DNA from: Candidatus Pacearchaeota archaeon
GTDB taxonomy: Archaea > Nanobdellota > Nanobdellia > Pacearchaeales > UBA284
Direction: 5' to 3'
Length of the DNA: 32,000 bases
NCBI GenBank assembly: GCA_026016245.1
Contig: CP061211.1
Location: 630,001-662,000 of the forward strand
The notes under the pieces: generated by a model
What the model was told of the DNA's origin: nothing
The model's database searches: none
Seen by the model: only the letters and a program-made list of their open reading frames with translations
Translations under genes and position numbers: made by a program
Part shown: positions 1 through 9,722 of the stretch, piece by piece
Layout of the letters: every line of letters starts with the position of its first letter
How positions within the stretch are numbered: position 1 is the stretch's first letter

Positions 1-40
1 AAGGTTTTTTTATTACTCCTTATGAATAAAAAGAGGTAAG

Positions 41-3031
41 ATGAAAAGAGCTATCTTAGTATTTGTTATAATTTTTCTTGCTTTTATTAGTCTGAATCTT
101 GTTAGTGCAGCAACAAATGTTAGTCAATGCATGAATCTAACAAATGAGTCAGAAATTTATACTTTAAATCAACCTATTAATATAACTGGGGGTGATTGCC
201 TTGTAATTAAAAATAATTCAATAGTGTTAGACTGTCAGGGACATAATATAACTGTTAATGGGGCAGACGACAAGGATTGGCGTGCTGTTGATAATGAGCA
301 GGGTTATGATAATATAACTGTTAAGAACTGTACATTTTCACAAAACTTCACAGGACCAACAGAAGAAGGAGAAGGACAATATGCAATTGGTTTTATAAAT
401 TCTATAAACTCAACGATTTTTAATAATACATTTGAAGTTTCTGGGATTTTCTTTGGGAATTCAAGTAATGCTAATATAACTTCAAATACTCTAAATTATT
501 CAGGTGGTTCAGCTCCAATTTCTTTGTTCTCTGGTTCAAATTCAAGTGTTGTGGAGAATAATAATATTACAACTACTGGCTTAGGAATTTTGGTCGAAGC
601 TTCATCAAGTATTAACATTAGTTCGAATACTATTACTTCTTCTGGTGAAAATCAGAGTGTAATTGGTATTGGTTCTTCATCAAACATTAGTGTTGATTTA
701 AATACTATAATAATTTCTGGTACTAATGCAACAGGGATTGTATTAGTTATGGCTACGACTGATACAAATATAACTACAAATAATATTACATCTTCTGGTA
801 TTGGAGCAGCTGGAATTGGTGTAGTCGATAACTCAGATTCAAATCTTTTATATAATAATACAATTACAACTTCTAATGATACTGCATTTGGGATTATGTT
901 GGACGGAGTAAGTAGCACTAATATTATAAATAATACTATAACTACCAGTCATACTTCTTCAGATGGAATACATAGCGAGGATTCTAATTCAACTATCATA
1001 TTTAATAATACAGTAAAAACCGAAGGTAATGAGTCAGACGGAGTTTTTATTTTCAATGGTTTATCTAATAGTATAACTAATAATACATTTAATACAACAG
1101 GATATGCTTTCGGTGTAGGGGGTCCAACCTGTGATTATTATAACCATACTGTAACAGATAATACAGAGCAAGGAGAAAAGATTTTATATTATTTTGATAA
1201 TGATTCAATAACAATAGAAGATCAAACCTTTGGGGAATTAATCGTAACTTGTTCTAATAATATAACAATAGACAACGTATCAGTCAATCATGATGGTATT
1301 GTTCTTGTTATTACAGAAAACTCTACTATTAATAATAGTAATTTCACTACTGCTGAACTTGGGATACACGGAGTGTTTTTTATTAATAGTTCTCATAATA
1401 ATGTAACAAATTGCAGAGTAAGAACTTTGGCAGATGGAGAAACATGTGTTATTGCTTTTCAATCCTCTGATTATAATCTTCTTTACAATAATGTTCTTAA
1501 TGTTTCAGCAGCATCAGTAAGTTCCTCTGGATTTTGTTGGCATCCTTCTTCACCTATGAATAATAATTGGAATACAACAGAGACAGTAGGAAAAAATATT
1601 ATAGGGGGTCCAAATTTGGGTGGAAACTTTTGGACAAATTCATTAGGCACAGGATTTAGTGATACATGTACTGATTCTGACGGCGATTATTTTTGCGATA
1701 CCGCTTTAAATCTTAAAGGTGGTCCTGGCAATGATACTAATAATATAGACTATCTCCCTCTTGCTAATCATACTAATGCAGTCTGGGAATGCAAGACATT
1801 AGATATTGAAGATGAAATTTATTTTTTAAATCAAAGTATTGAGGTCAATGGAAATTGCTTTAATATTACTGCAAATAATATTACTCTTATTTTCCTTAAA
1901 GGGAAAAATATAACAGGGGATACTACTGGATATGGCATTAATATTAGTGGTAATGATACAACAATAGAGCATGGAGTAATTTCTAATTTCTCAAATGGAA
2001 TTTATATTTATAACAGTTCAAATAATGCATTTACTGATATTCGTATAGATTGGGCTAAACAAGATGCGATTGTTTTAGAAGGAACGGAGTCAGATAATAA
2101 TAACTTTACAAGAATAAATGTAACAAACACAAATGCTTCTTATTATGATATTAATTTTAGCACAGAAGGTATTGATGGAACATGGATTGAAAACATTCTT
2201 TTTGCAAACTATACATTTACAGGAACAGGAGGGAAAGTTAATTTCAAAGAGCCAGATTTTGGAGAAATTAGGTTTTTACAGGCAATTAATGGCAATGGAA
2301 CTAGTCTTAGGAAGGATGTTGATATTGAAAATAAATGGGCATTTGTTAATTCTTCTAGTAATTCAGGATTAAATAAAAGTGCAAATATATCCTTTTATGA
2401 GGTATCTTTTACAGATCCCAAACCTCAATATAGTCTTGATGACAGTATATGGGTAAATTGCACTACAACTACAGATCCTGCTTGTACTGAATTCCCTTTC
2501 ACTAAGGGAGGTACTTTTACATTTAATGTATCTCACTTTACTTACTTTAGAATTATTGAGGCATATTCTGCTGAAGAAGATGGAAATGGCGGGGGTGTTA
2601 CAGGTGGCAGTTCTGGAATGAAAAGAATGAATATAGCAATACAAGGAAATTGCAAAAATCAGCCAATTATAATAAAAGCCACATTCCAGAATAAAGCTGT
2701 TGAAGGTGTGCATATTAAAGTTTATAGAAATGATGAATTACTTAAAACATTAGAAACAGATAGCGAAGGAAAAGCAAATATTATTTTAAATGAAACTGGT
2801 AATTATGAATTAAAATTTACAAAAACTAGATATTATTATGAAACAAGAACTTTAGTTGTTGTAGATTGTGGAGAAGCTGAAGAAGAGGAAGAAGTACCTG
2901 ATGAAGAAAAACCAGAAGAAGAAATGCCCCCTAAACCAAGTTTCTGGCAGAGCTATTGGTGGCTTATCTTGGTAATTGTTGGGGTGATTATTGTAGCAGT
3001 TGTTTATTTGATAATACATAAAAAGAAATAA
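41..3031 (+). CDS. Secreted, C-terminally membrane-anchored parallel beta-helix (NosD/right-handed beta-helix-like) surface protein
   Basis: N-terminal signal-like hydrophobic segment (AILVFVIIFLAFISLNLVSA), many N/T/S-rich NxIxxNNI-type repeats, C-terminal TM helix WWLILVIVGVIIVAVVYLII followed by KKK; SD-like gaggta upstream. Confidence 0.85.
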   Translation: MKRAILVFVIIFLAFISLNLVSAATNVSQCMNLTNESEIYTLNQPINITGGDCLVIKNNSIVLDCQGHNITVNGADDKDWRAVDNEQGYDNITVKNCTFSQNFTGPTEEGEGQYAIGFINSINSTIFNNTFEVSGIFFGNSSNANITSNTLNYSGGSAPISLFSGSNSSVVENNNITTTGLGILVEASSSINISSNTITSSGENQSVIGIGSSSNISVDLNTIIISGTNATGIVLVMATTDTNITTNNITSSGIGAAGIGVVDNSDSNLLYNNTITTSNDTAFGIMLDGVSSTNIINNTITTSHTSSDGIHSEDSNSTIIFNNTVKTEGNESDGVFIFNGLSNSITNNTFNTTGYAFGVGGPTCDYYNHTVTDNTEQGEKILYYFDNDSITIEDQTFGELIVTCSNNITIDNVSVNHDGIVLVITENSTINNSNFTTAELGIHGVFFINSSHNNVTNCRVRTLADGETCVIAFQSSDYNLLYNNVLNVSAASVSSSGFCWHPSSPMNNNWNTTETVGKNIIGGPNLGGNFWTNSLGTGFSDTCTDSDGDYFCDTALNLKGGPGNDTNNIDYLPLANHTNAVWECKTLDIEDEIYFLNQSIEVNGNCFNITANNITLIFLKGKNITGDTTGYGINISGNDTTIEHGVISNFSNGIYIYNSSNNAFTDIRIDWAKQDAIVLEGTESDNNNFTRINVTNTNASYYDINFSTEGIDGTWIENILFANYTFTGTGGKVNFKEPDFGEIRFLQAINGNGTSLRKDVDIENKWAFVNSSSNSGLNKSANISFYEVSFTDPKPQYSLDDSIWVNCTTTTDPACTEFPFTKGGTFTFNVSHFTYFRIIEAYSAEEDGNGGGVTGGSSGMKRMNIAIQGNCKNQPIIIKATFQNKAVEGVHIKVYRNDELLKTLETDSEGKANIILNETGNYELKFTKTRYYYETRTLVVVDCGEAEEEEEVPDEEKPEEEMPPKPSFWQSYWWLILVIVGVIIVAVVYLIIHKKK

Positions 3032-3083
3032 TTTTCCTTTTTTATTTTTTTAATTTTAATAGTTTTCTTTATAAATTAAGAAA

Positions 3084-3165
3084 CGCCCGGACCAGGATTC
3101 GAACCTGGATATCCTTGCGGAAACCAGCTCTCAAGGCTGGCGCCTTACCATTGGGCCATCCGGGC
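3084..3165 (-). tRNA. tRNA-Ser(TGA)
   Basis: Reverse strand folds as GCCCGGA acceptor / TCCGGGC, D stem GCC/GGC, anticodon stem CCAGC-CTTGAGA-GCTGG with TGA anticodon, extended variable arm (TTTCCGCAAGGATAT), T arm CCAGG-TTCGAAT-CCTGG, discriminator G; no CCA encoded. Confidence 0.95.
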
Positions 3166-3220
3166 TTAAAAGAATAGAAGAAAAGAAACTTATAAAATTA
3201 ACTTTTAATTATCTAGGAAA

Positions 3221-3964
3221 TTATTCAAGAGGCTTACTACTCATGGTTTCGATTAAAGCGAGAACAAATCTCTCACTAGTTTCTAGGGTTTCACAGTCAG
3301 CTATCTCTAAAATATAGCAATAATCTTCTTGATGAATATAACTTTCATCTGTATCTGATTCTTTAAACAGGATGACGGTTGTTCCTTGCTCTGCATGCGA
3401 ACAATTTTTTATTTCATGAGTCACATTTTCATAAGTTTCTGATATATTACCTGCTAGATTATTTGCGAAAACTCCTTGTTTTTTTAATCCTAGTGCATCA
3501 ATGAAGTCACCAACACGCCATGCAGCCAAGACAATAGAATCTGTGCATTGTAAAGGCTCTGCTTCAAATGATATATAGACCATTCTTTGAGGCTTGGTTT
3601 TTACATCTGCTTGTATTTTTTCTAGTTTTCTTGGGTCATTTCTCAGGTTTAAAATATAGAAAAAAGTTTTATTTTCTACTGGGCGATAGATAGCTATTTC
3701 TGTTGAATAAATCATTAATCCCTTATGATCTGTTTTATGCCAGGTCATTCCTTTCCACTCAAAAACATTTCCTACAAGTCTGCCCCACTCAGCTGAAATT
3801 TCTTCTCTAAAAATAACATAGAACAAAGCCAGGGCCATTAATAATATAATTATTACAAGAGTCCAGATAATTCTTTTTGTGTTAATTCTCCTGGCTGTCT
3901 TGACTTCTTTTCCCCTATCTTTATCTTCTTTTTTAGGTTTTTTTTGTTTTCTTGCCATTTTCAA
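3221..3964 (-). CDS. Hypothetical single-pass membrane protein with lysine-rich cytoplasmic N-terminus
   Basis: 247-aa ORF, K-rich N-terminus then TM IIWTLVIIILLMALALFYVIF. Confidence 0.7.
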   Translation of the reverse strand: MKMARKQKKPKKEDKDRGKEVKTARRINTKRIIWTLVIIILLMALALFYVIFREEISAEWGRLVGNVFEWKGMTWHKTDHKGLMIYSTEIAIYRPVENKTFFYILNLRNDPRKLEKIQADVKTKPQRMVYISFEAEPLQCTDSIVLAAWRVGDFIDALGLKKQGVFANNLAGNISETYENVTHEIKNCSHAEQGTTVILFKESDTDESYIHQEDYCYILEIADCETLETSERFVLALIETMSSKPLE

Positions 3965-3965
3965 T

Positions 3966-4598
3966 TTATTTTTCCATTATTCCAAAGATAATGAAGACGG
4001 ATTTTTCAGTAGCTCTTACAAGATCTGTTCCTTTTCCTTCTATAATAAGACAATTGTTTTTATAATTAACTATAGGTTCGTTTTCAGTTTCTTTTATTTC
4101 CACTATTGTTATTTCAAGAGTAGCATCATCACAGCTTTTAATTGGCAGCTCGTTCTCTAGACAAAATTCTGTCTCAGACTCTTCTTCAGAACAAGCTAGC
4201 TGCATTCTAAACACAATTTTATTAAGATTTGAATAAAGGCTGATTGCTGCCTGCCTCTCACTTAGGTTATTTGCTATAATGTAGACTGTTTTTCCTTTGA
4301 AAGCATTAAGTAAGGGTGTTCCTTGTATTGTGATATTTTCTAGCTCTTGTGGAAGGAAAGCAGTTGTTATTGTATAAGATTTGCTTTCTATACTTATTTG
4401 TGTTTTCCATCCTTCTGGCGTATCTATGAAAACATAGCTATTGTATGTTTCTTGCCCTTGTTGTTCTGGTTTTGTGCCTGATAGAAAAGCATAACCCACT
4501 ACACTAAAGACCATTAAAAAAACAATAAATAAGCCTATGATAAGCTGGCTTCTCTTTTTCTTGGCTTCTTTTCCTGCCTTTGATTTAAGTGGCTGCAT
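3966..4598 (-). CDS. Hypothetical membrane-anchored protein, coupled to the downstream 247-aa ORF
   Basis: 210-aa ORF, N-terminal TM LIIGLFIVFLMVFSVVGYAFL; 1-nt gap to next gene. Confidence 0.7.
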   Translation of the reverse strand: MQPLKSKAGKEAKKKRSQLIIGLFIVFLMVFSVVGYAFLSGTKPEQQGQETYNSYVFIDTPEGWKTQISIESKSYTITTAFLPQELENITIQGTPLLNAFKGKTVYIIANNLSERQAAISLYSNLNKIVFRMQLACSEEESETEFCLENELPIKSCDDATLEITIVEIKETENEPIVNYKNNCLIIEGKGTDLVRATEKSVFIIFGIMEK

Positions 4599-4721
4599 TA
4601 ATAGAGAATAGAAAAGTTATTTATAAATTTTTTTAATCAAGATATTTGACAGCCTGACAGCAAGAATGAATGGGATATATTTCTTAATTATAATCAAAAA
4701 ATCAAGAATCAAGAAAGAATT

Positions 4722-5135
4722 TTATTTTAATCTTTTTCTTAAAATGAATTTCAATTTGTTAATTATTAAATCCAATTTTTCTTTTTTATTTTCTAGATAT
4801 GGGCTTTTAATTGGCCTGCCTTCATAGGAGCTTTTATTTCTTTTTGTTCTTAAATCTTGAATTGTCATTACTTCATCTTGAGAAAATTCTTTATAATTTG
4901 ATAAATAATCGATTGTTTCTTTATGCGCATACTCTCCAATAGCTTTAAAACCATCAGAGAGTAAAAGAGCAGTTATTAGCTCTCTTATTACTTCATAATA
5001 TTCTCTAACGATTATGCTTTGGTCTTCCATCTTACCTAATTTTTTAATAATTTCTTTAAGCATATTTTCTATATTTTCTGCCATTTTAAGTATAGATTTT
5101 GCTTTTTCTCTATCTAGAGTTATTTTAATTATCAT
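4722..5135 (-). CDS. HEPN-like domain protein (putative toxin of HEPN/MNT pair)
   Basis: 137-aa helical ORF with LRTKRNKSSYEG motif typical of an atypical HEPN subgroup; 1 nt downstream of wHTH-MNT gene. Confidence 0.65.
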   Translation of the reverse strand: MIIKITLDREKAKSILKMAENIENMLKEIIKKLGKMEDQSIIVREYYEVIRELITALLLSDGFKAIGEYAHKETIDYLSNYKEFSQDEVMTIQDLRTKRNKSSYEGRPIKSPYLENKKEKLDLIINKLKFILRKRLK

Positions 5136-5136
5136 C

Positions 5137-5661
5137 TTAAAAAACCTTGAAATACCCCTTTAAAACAATTCCATTACAAAGATTGTTTTTTAAATTTTTA
5201 GGGATTTTTTTTACTTCTTTTTCAAACATTAAATGTATCCTTGCATTTAATTTTTCCTCAAATTTGTTACAATTAATTTCTTTTTCTTTCCCTATAATAA
5301 ATAAATCTATATCTGAGTATTCAATGAATTCACCCTTAGCATAGCTTCCATATAAAATTATTGCTTCAGGGGCAAGTTCTTCCCATAAATAATCAATTAA
5401 ACCAGAGCTATGCAATTCATACAAAACAGCAAGCTTTCTATAAAAGACAAAATTTTCATTATCCATGATTGCTTGATAGTAAGGGATATTTCTTTTCTTG
5501 AATCTCCTAATAAGCTCTTTTTTTTCAAATTCTCTAAGGTAATTCATAACAGAAGGCGGGGAAATTTTACTTAATCTGCTTAGTTCCCTGAGTCTAAAGC
5601 TATCGCTTGGACTAAATAAAAAAATTTTCAGTAATTTGTATTTGTTATATTTTTCTAACAT
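5137..5661 (-). CDS. wHTH-fused minimal nucleotidyltransferase (MNT, putative antitoxin)
   Basis: N-terminal wHTH (FRLRELSRLSKISPPSVMNYLREFEKKELIRRF) and NTase signature ILYGSYAKGEFIEYSDIDLFIIG. Confidence 0.85.
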   Translation of the reverse strand: MLEKYNKYKLLKIFLFSPSDSFRLRELSRLSKISPPSVMNYLREFEKKELIRRFKKRNIPYYQAIMDNENFVFYRKLAVLYELHSSGLIDYLWEELAPEAIILYGSYAKGEFIEYSDIDLFIIGKEKEINCNKFEEKLNARIHLMFEKEVKKIPKNLKNNLCNGIVLKGYFKVF

Positions 5662-5784
5662 TTGTTATATTATTATTACATTTGTTATAATATAATAACA
5701 TTACTTTTTAAATCTTTTGTTTCAAGATTAAAAACAAAAAATAATCAAAAAAAAGAAAAAAAATGAAACTAAGTTTTTTCTGAC

Positions 5785-8181
5785 TTAAGCTATTACAGTG
5801 ACTGTTGTTGTGGCAGTATCTAGCAAGATCTTGTCTCCGCTTATAACTGGAGTGCTTTCTCTTAGGACTTTAGCTGCTCTTGCAGTATCCAAGTCCTCGT
5901 AACCTGCAACTATCATAGCGTATTTGCCTTCTGCGTAAGGACTTGCCATGACATAAATCATAGCCTTACCCAAAGCATCAACGCCTGTAGCATCTATCCA
6001 AGCTTGTTCAGTACCATATGTAGGATAGTCCAAACCAAGTACATCAGCTGTTGCGCTGTTGATACCTGAACCACCTGCAAAGATTAAGTTCATGTCCTGG
6101 ACAGTTGCTAGCTCATCATCATAAGCTCCAATAGCTGCCCCACCAGCATATCCTGGTGTAAGCTCTGGGATTGTTGCAAGTAACTCTGAAACATAGACTT
6201 TGTGGATAGCTTCCTCTTCTGGATATGTCCAAGTAAGATCATCGTCATCATCTGTATTGAATCTGAAGAGTGCTCCAAAATCTATAGCATCAATAGCTAC
6301 GTCATAGTCAGAGTCTTTTTCTTCAGCATCCCATGCTAGAGCGCTTGTTGAGTCTGGAACAATTATCATGTCACCAGTACCATCATCTTCAAGTGTCCAT
6401 GCTTCTGCACCAATCAAATCAGTGCCATCGTCAGTAAATAGCTGGGCATTTGCATTTGTGGTATCAAACTGAAGGTCTATCTCGCCTGCTAATGATGTCA
6501 AAAAGTCTCCTGCCTCACAAGCTGTGCCACAAGTATTGATGATAGTTGCAGTAGTTGTGTTAGTTGCATTAACAACCTCAAGTGTTATTGTAGCGAAACC
6601 TAGAACAATAGGATTAGAATAATCTCTATCATTCCAAGATGTTGAGCCTGGAGATATTTCTTTCAAGTCCAGTGTCTCGTCGGCAATGTCAATATCATCT
6701 ATCTCCAAGATTCTTGCCTCACCACCTGTTCCAACAACAAGCAAGTAAATGCCTTCACATTCAGTAACTGAAGCACCGCCAGTACATCCATCGCCATCAG
6801 CGATAAGCAAATTACCGCCTGGTCCAGCTGCTGGTCCATTTCCATCTTGAGTTACATTGATAGCTGCTCCAATGTCTGTAGCAAGATCATCTCCCGGATA
6901 TGTTTCATTAGATGTATCATCCAAGATGAACGGAATTTCAAGAACATCACCTGCGACATTTGTGAACTCAAGTATACCATCATCTCCACTTGTTGTCAAG
7001 CTAAATGACTCTGTGTCAGACAACAATCCTTGGTAAGTGAATTTGAACCTACCTAAAATAGGATCTGTCCAAGATTCTCCTGTAGCCAAGAATATGTCAT
7101 CATCAGGTGTAAGTTCTAAGTTGATTTCAGCAAGCTCTTCATGTGCAGCGCCTGCCTGCAATTCAACGTCTGAGCCATCTATTGGTTCGCCATTGATTTC
7201 AATTTCATTTCCTTGTTCAAAGTCCATTTTTTCAGCTCCAAGATAAAATGTTACCAAGTCATTACCAACAGCTTGCTCGCCACTCATCTCAGCTCCTTCA
7301 TTAGGCACAACATCTAAGACACCTACTCTTGTATCATCTTCAAGAGTATAGGTATCACTTTCAACCATTTTATCAGTCTCTTCGCCATTTATTACTAAAA
7401 TAACAGATGCTCCTACGTCTGAGATAATCTTTACTTCTACTTCATAGGTTTTTCCACCCATGGTATAGGTTTCAGTGCTGTACTCCCATTGAGAAGCTTT
7501 CAATGCTCCACCCATTATTGTCAATGAATCTATTTCCATGACGCCACCACCGATATCTTCTGCAGTCGCATCTACGATGAAGTATTCTCTTCCAAGCATT
7601 TTTAACTTGGTTAGTTCGAAATCTTCATCTATAGTGCCTGTATCAGTTGAGTCAAATTCTACAGGGTTGTCAAATACTAATCTATAGTTATATGCTACTA
7701 CAGCATCATCAAAATATAGATAAGTATTGACTGGTCTATTAGATGTTTCTCTATTTCGCAAGAAATCCATTGTTCCTGTGCTATTAGTAAATTCAATGAA
7801 TTGTTCATAGCTAACATCATTATCTGTATTACCTCTTGATTCCCGATATCTTCCATCTGCTAACAGGACATCAAGGTCCCTAGCTTCAAGAGTATCTTCT
7901 ACATCAAACAAATCCTCGCCGTAGTTTAGGTCATTTCCTGGAGCAGCGATTAGATGAGCTTCTCCTGTTGGAGCTGCTCCGCCGTCTCCAGCAAAACCTA
8001 GAGCTGCTGTTAAGTCTACCACAGCCAAAGCATCAGCATTTCTGTGGAAAACTATAGCAGTATCAGTTCCTGGGAAATTGTTTCTCCAAGTTGCTAGATC
8101 TTGAGCCATTGCGAATCCAACGCTTGTTAGTCCTAGCATACATGCCACTGCTAAAGGTGCAATTTTCTTTAACAGTTTCAT
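5785..8181 (-). CDS. S-layer protein
   Basis: Signal peptide (MKLLKKIAPLAVACMLGLTSVGFAMAQ), Asp/Thr-rich acidic sequence, archaeal S-layer-like C-terminal segment (EGKYAMIVAGYEDLDTARAAKVLR). ORF track start is 8208 (GTG), but the strong SD GAAAGGAGGT precedes the ATG at 8181. Confidence 0.8.
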   Translation of the reverse strand: MKLLKKIAPLAVACMLGLTSVGFAMAQDLATWRNNFPGTDTAIVFHRNADALAVVDLTAALGFAGDGGAAPTGEAHLIAAPGNDLNYGEDLFDVEDTLEARDLDVLLADGRYRESRGNTDNDVSYEQFIEFTNSTGTMDFLRNRETSNRPVNTYLYFDDAVVAYNYRLVFDNPVEFDSTDTGTIDEDFELTKLKMLGREYFIVDATAEDIGGGVMEIDSLTIMGGALKASQWEYSTETYTMGGKTYEVEVKIISDVGASVILVINGEETDKMVESDTYTLEDDTRVGVLDVVPNEGAEMSGEQAVGNDLVTFYLGAEKMDFEQGNEIEINGEPIDGSDVELQAGAAHEELAEINLELTPDDDIFLATGESWTDPILGRFKFTYQGLLSDTESFSLTTSGDDGILEFTNVAGDVLEIPFILDDTSNETYPGDDLATDIGAAINVTQDGNGPAAGPGGNLLIADGDGCTGGASVTECEGIYLLVVGTGGEARILEIDDIDIADETLDLKEISPGSTSWNDRDYSNPIVLGFATITLEVVNATNTTTATIINTCGTACEAGDFLTSLAGEIDLQFDTTNANAQLFTDDGTDLIGAEAWTLEDDGTGDMIIVPDSTSALAWDAEEKDSDYDVAIDAIDFGALFRFNTDDDDDLTWTYPEEEAIHKVYVSELLATIPELTPGYAGGAAIGAYDDELATVQDMNLIFAGGSGINSATADVLGLDYPTYGTEQAWIDATGVDALGKAMIYVMASPYAEGKYAMIVAGYEDLDTARAAKVLRESTPVISGDKILLDTATTTVTVIA

Positions 8182-8246
8182 CTTATTTATTTTTAAACCT
8201 CCTTTCACTCATTGTTTTTATTAGCCAGCTTTTCAGCTTTTTTCAA

Positions 8247-8357
8247 TCAAGCAACTATATTAAGAACGTAAATAGTAGTTTTAGCAATATTATTCATTCC
8301 TAAGCCTAAAGCTAAGAACTGAACAAAATTCAACCAAAAAACATATTTTACATTCAT
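8247..8357 (-). CDS. Putative 36-aa hydrophobic microprotein upstream of the S-layer gene
   Basis: Hand translation: MNVKYVFWLNFVQFLALGLGMNNIAKTTIYVLNIVA*; AGGT SD-like sequence about 8 nt upstream of the ATG. Below the ORF-track length cutoff. Confidence 0.35.
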   Translation of the reverse strand: MNVKYVFWLNFVQFLALGLGMNNIAKTTIYVLNIVA

Positions 8358-8782
8358 TTTATTTTACCTGACTGATGCCTTCCACAGTTTAGACTTTGAC
8401 ACTATTGAATTTGTGTATATCTAAACTATGAGTCGCGACCCTTTTATTAGAAAGGATCACTGGCCAGTTTTATAACATATTGCTATGTTACAATAAAAAT
8501 CTCGGGTTTTTTCTTTTTAAAGGTTTCGACAGAACTGATTTTAACACCTTTTCTATGTATTTTTATTTATAAATCTTATGCCCCTATTTAATAATTACCA
8601 CAAATCAGGACATTCAAGGTTCTTTTAGATGTGGGGTATATTTTCAGACATATATGGTTTTTGAAAACATATATAATAGAACAATAATGTTTAAGTATAT
8701 ATTTTGTTTCTCTCTATTAGAATAATTGTCGTCGTGTTTTTTACTCAATAGAAAGAACAAAACAAATAAAAAGGAATGAAAA

Positions 8783-9166
8783 ATGCCTAGAAAGAAAAAA
8801 ATAACAAAAAACGTGGTTATTAAGCTTAGTCTTACTGAATCTAGTGAACCTGGCTTTTTGTTAGGAGTTTTGAGAGCTCCGTGGCCAATAAAATCTGATT
8901 CAGAATTTTCAGTAAGGCAGCTTAGACAGCTTTTGAGTGGGGGAAAAGCTAAGATTTTGCATGTTCTAAAGGTTAAAAAGCCAAAATCCATCTATTCTTT
9001 GGCCAAGGAACTTGAAAGAGATTTTAAGGCTGTAAGGCAGGATTTAAAGCTATTAGAACAGTTTGGATTTGTTCGTTTAATCCCTGAGCAAGATAAAAAG
9101 ACAGGAAAGAACAGGCTTAAGCCTGTTATAGGATTAGACAAACTTCAAGTGAATATAGAAGTTTAG
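8783..9166 (+). CDS. wHTH transcriptional regulator (HVO_A0114-like)
   Basis: GGKAKILHVLKVKKPKSIYSLAKELERDFKAVRQDLKLLEQFGFVRLI winged-helix pattern. Confidence 0.7.
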   Translation: MPRKKKITKNVVIKLSLTESSEPGFLLGVLRAPWPIKSDSEFSVRQLRQLLSGGKAKILHVLKVKKPKSIYSLAKELERDFKAVRQDLKLLEQFGFVRLIPEQDKKTGKNRLKPVIGLDKLQVNIEV

Positions 9167-9184
9167 AAGTCTAGATTTATAGTT

Positions 9185-9685
9185 TTAATTGGACTTGTAA
9201 TAATAGAATCTTAGCTTGACTATTATATCTTCTCCTGTTAGTGTAGGAAGAGGAACACTTGAACCAAAATAATTACCTTCTAGCTGGCCATTTTCTCTAT
9301 AAAATATTTCTTTAGTATTACTTATATTCATAATATAGCCATGAATATAGGCATCAGCTATACTTTCCTCAAGAAATCCTTCTAACATAGTATCAAGTTC
9401 AGTTTCTAAAAAATCGCAAGTGTTTATATTATTATCACAAAATCTGTTATTATTGCACTCTCTAGGTAGTTCTCTGATATTCTGAGGAGAGCCAGCTATC
9501 TTACATTCAGTTGTATAGCTTAGCATTGCTTGAAGAAGATCATCTAATTCAGCTTGTTTTGGCTCTATGATTTCAGATTTTGGGCGTAAGGCAAGGGCAA
9601 AGAAAACAAGACCTATGACCATGACTATAAGAACTATAATTACAAAGCCAAAAACTTCTTCTTGTGCTTTTTTATTGTTTTCCAT
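9185..9685 (-). CDS. Archaeal pilin-like (class III signal peptide-like) protein
   Basis: MENNKKAQEEVFGFVIIVLIVMVIGLVFFALAL: KAQ followed by hydrophobic helix. Confidence 0.65.
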   Translation of the reverse strand: MENNKKAQEEVFGFVIIVLIVMVIGLVFFALALRPKSEIIEPKQAELDDLLQAMLSYTTECKIAGSPQNIRELPRECNNNRFCDNNINTCDFLETELDTMLEGFLEESIADAYIHGYIMNISNTKEIFYRENGQLEGNYFGSSVPLPTLTGEDIIVKLRFYYYKSN

Positions 9686-9722
9686 TTTTTCTTTTATTTA
9701 TTTCAGCTCCTTCTCTTTTTTA
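9685..9722. repeat. Direct repeat A, copy 1 (38 bp)
   Basis: ttttttcttttatttatttcagctccttctctttttta identical to 10730..10767. Confidence 0.95.

Noticed and set aside
652-918. Minus-strand ORF (88 aa) opposite the beta-helix gene
   Set aside because: Antisense to a strongly supported CDS; low-complexity V/I/P-rich translation from repeated N/T codons. The same applies to 1280..1462, 2133..2372 and 2369..2713.
41-3031. Repeated NxTxxNN stretches as a CRISPR-like or minisatellite array
   Set aside because: The repeats are degenerate at DNA level and in frame; they are explained by beta-helix coils.
3879-4160. Plus-strand ORF across the two hypothetical membrane protein genes
   Set aside because: Overlaps both better-supported minus-strand genes; F/S/L-rich translation is typical of antisense reading of K-rich codons.
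7037-7246. ORF inside the S-layer gene on the other strand
   Set aside because: Antisense within a long S-layer CDS, with no start context or domain signature.
8380-8560. Possible SRP, RNase P or other classical ncRNA upstream of the S-layer gene
   Set aside because: I could not identify conserved core motifs of known ncRNAs; only dyads are supported, so it is reported as an observation rather than an RNA gene.
8644-8991. Minus-strand 115-aa ORF
   Set aside because: Mostly antisense to the wHTH gene 8783..9166; F/L-rich composition from A-rich leader DNA.
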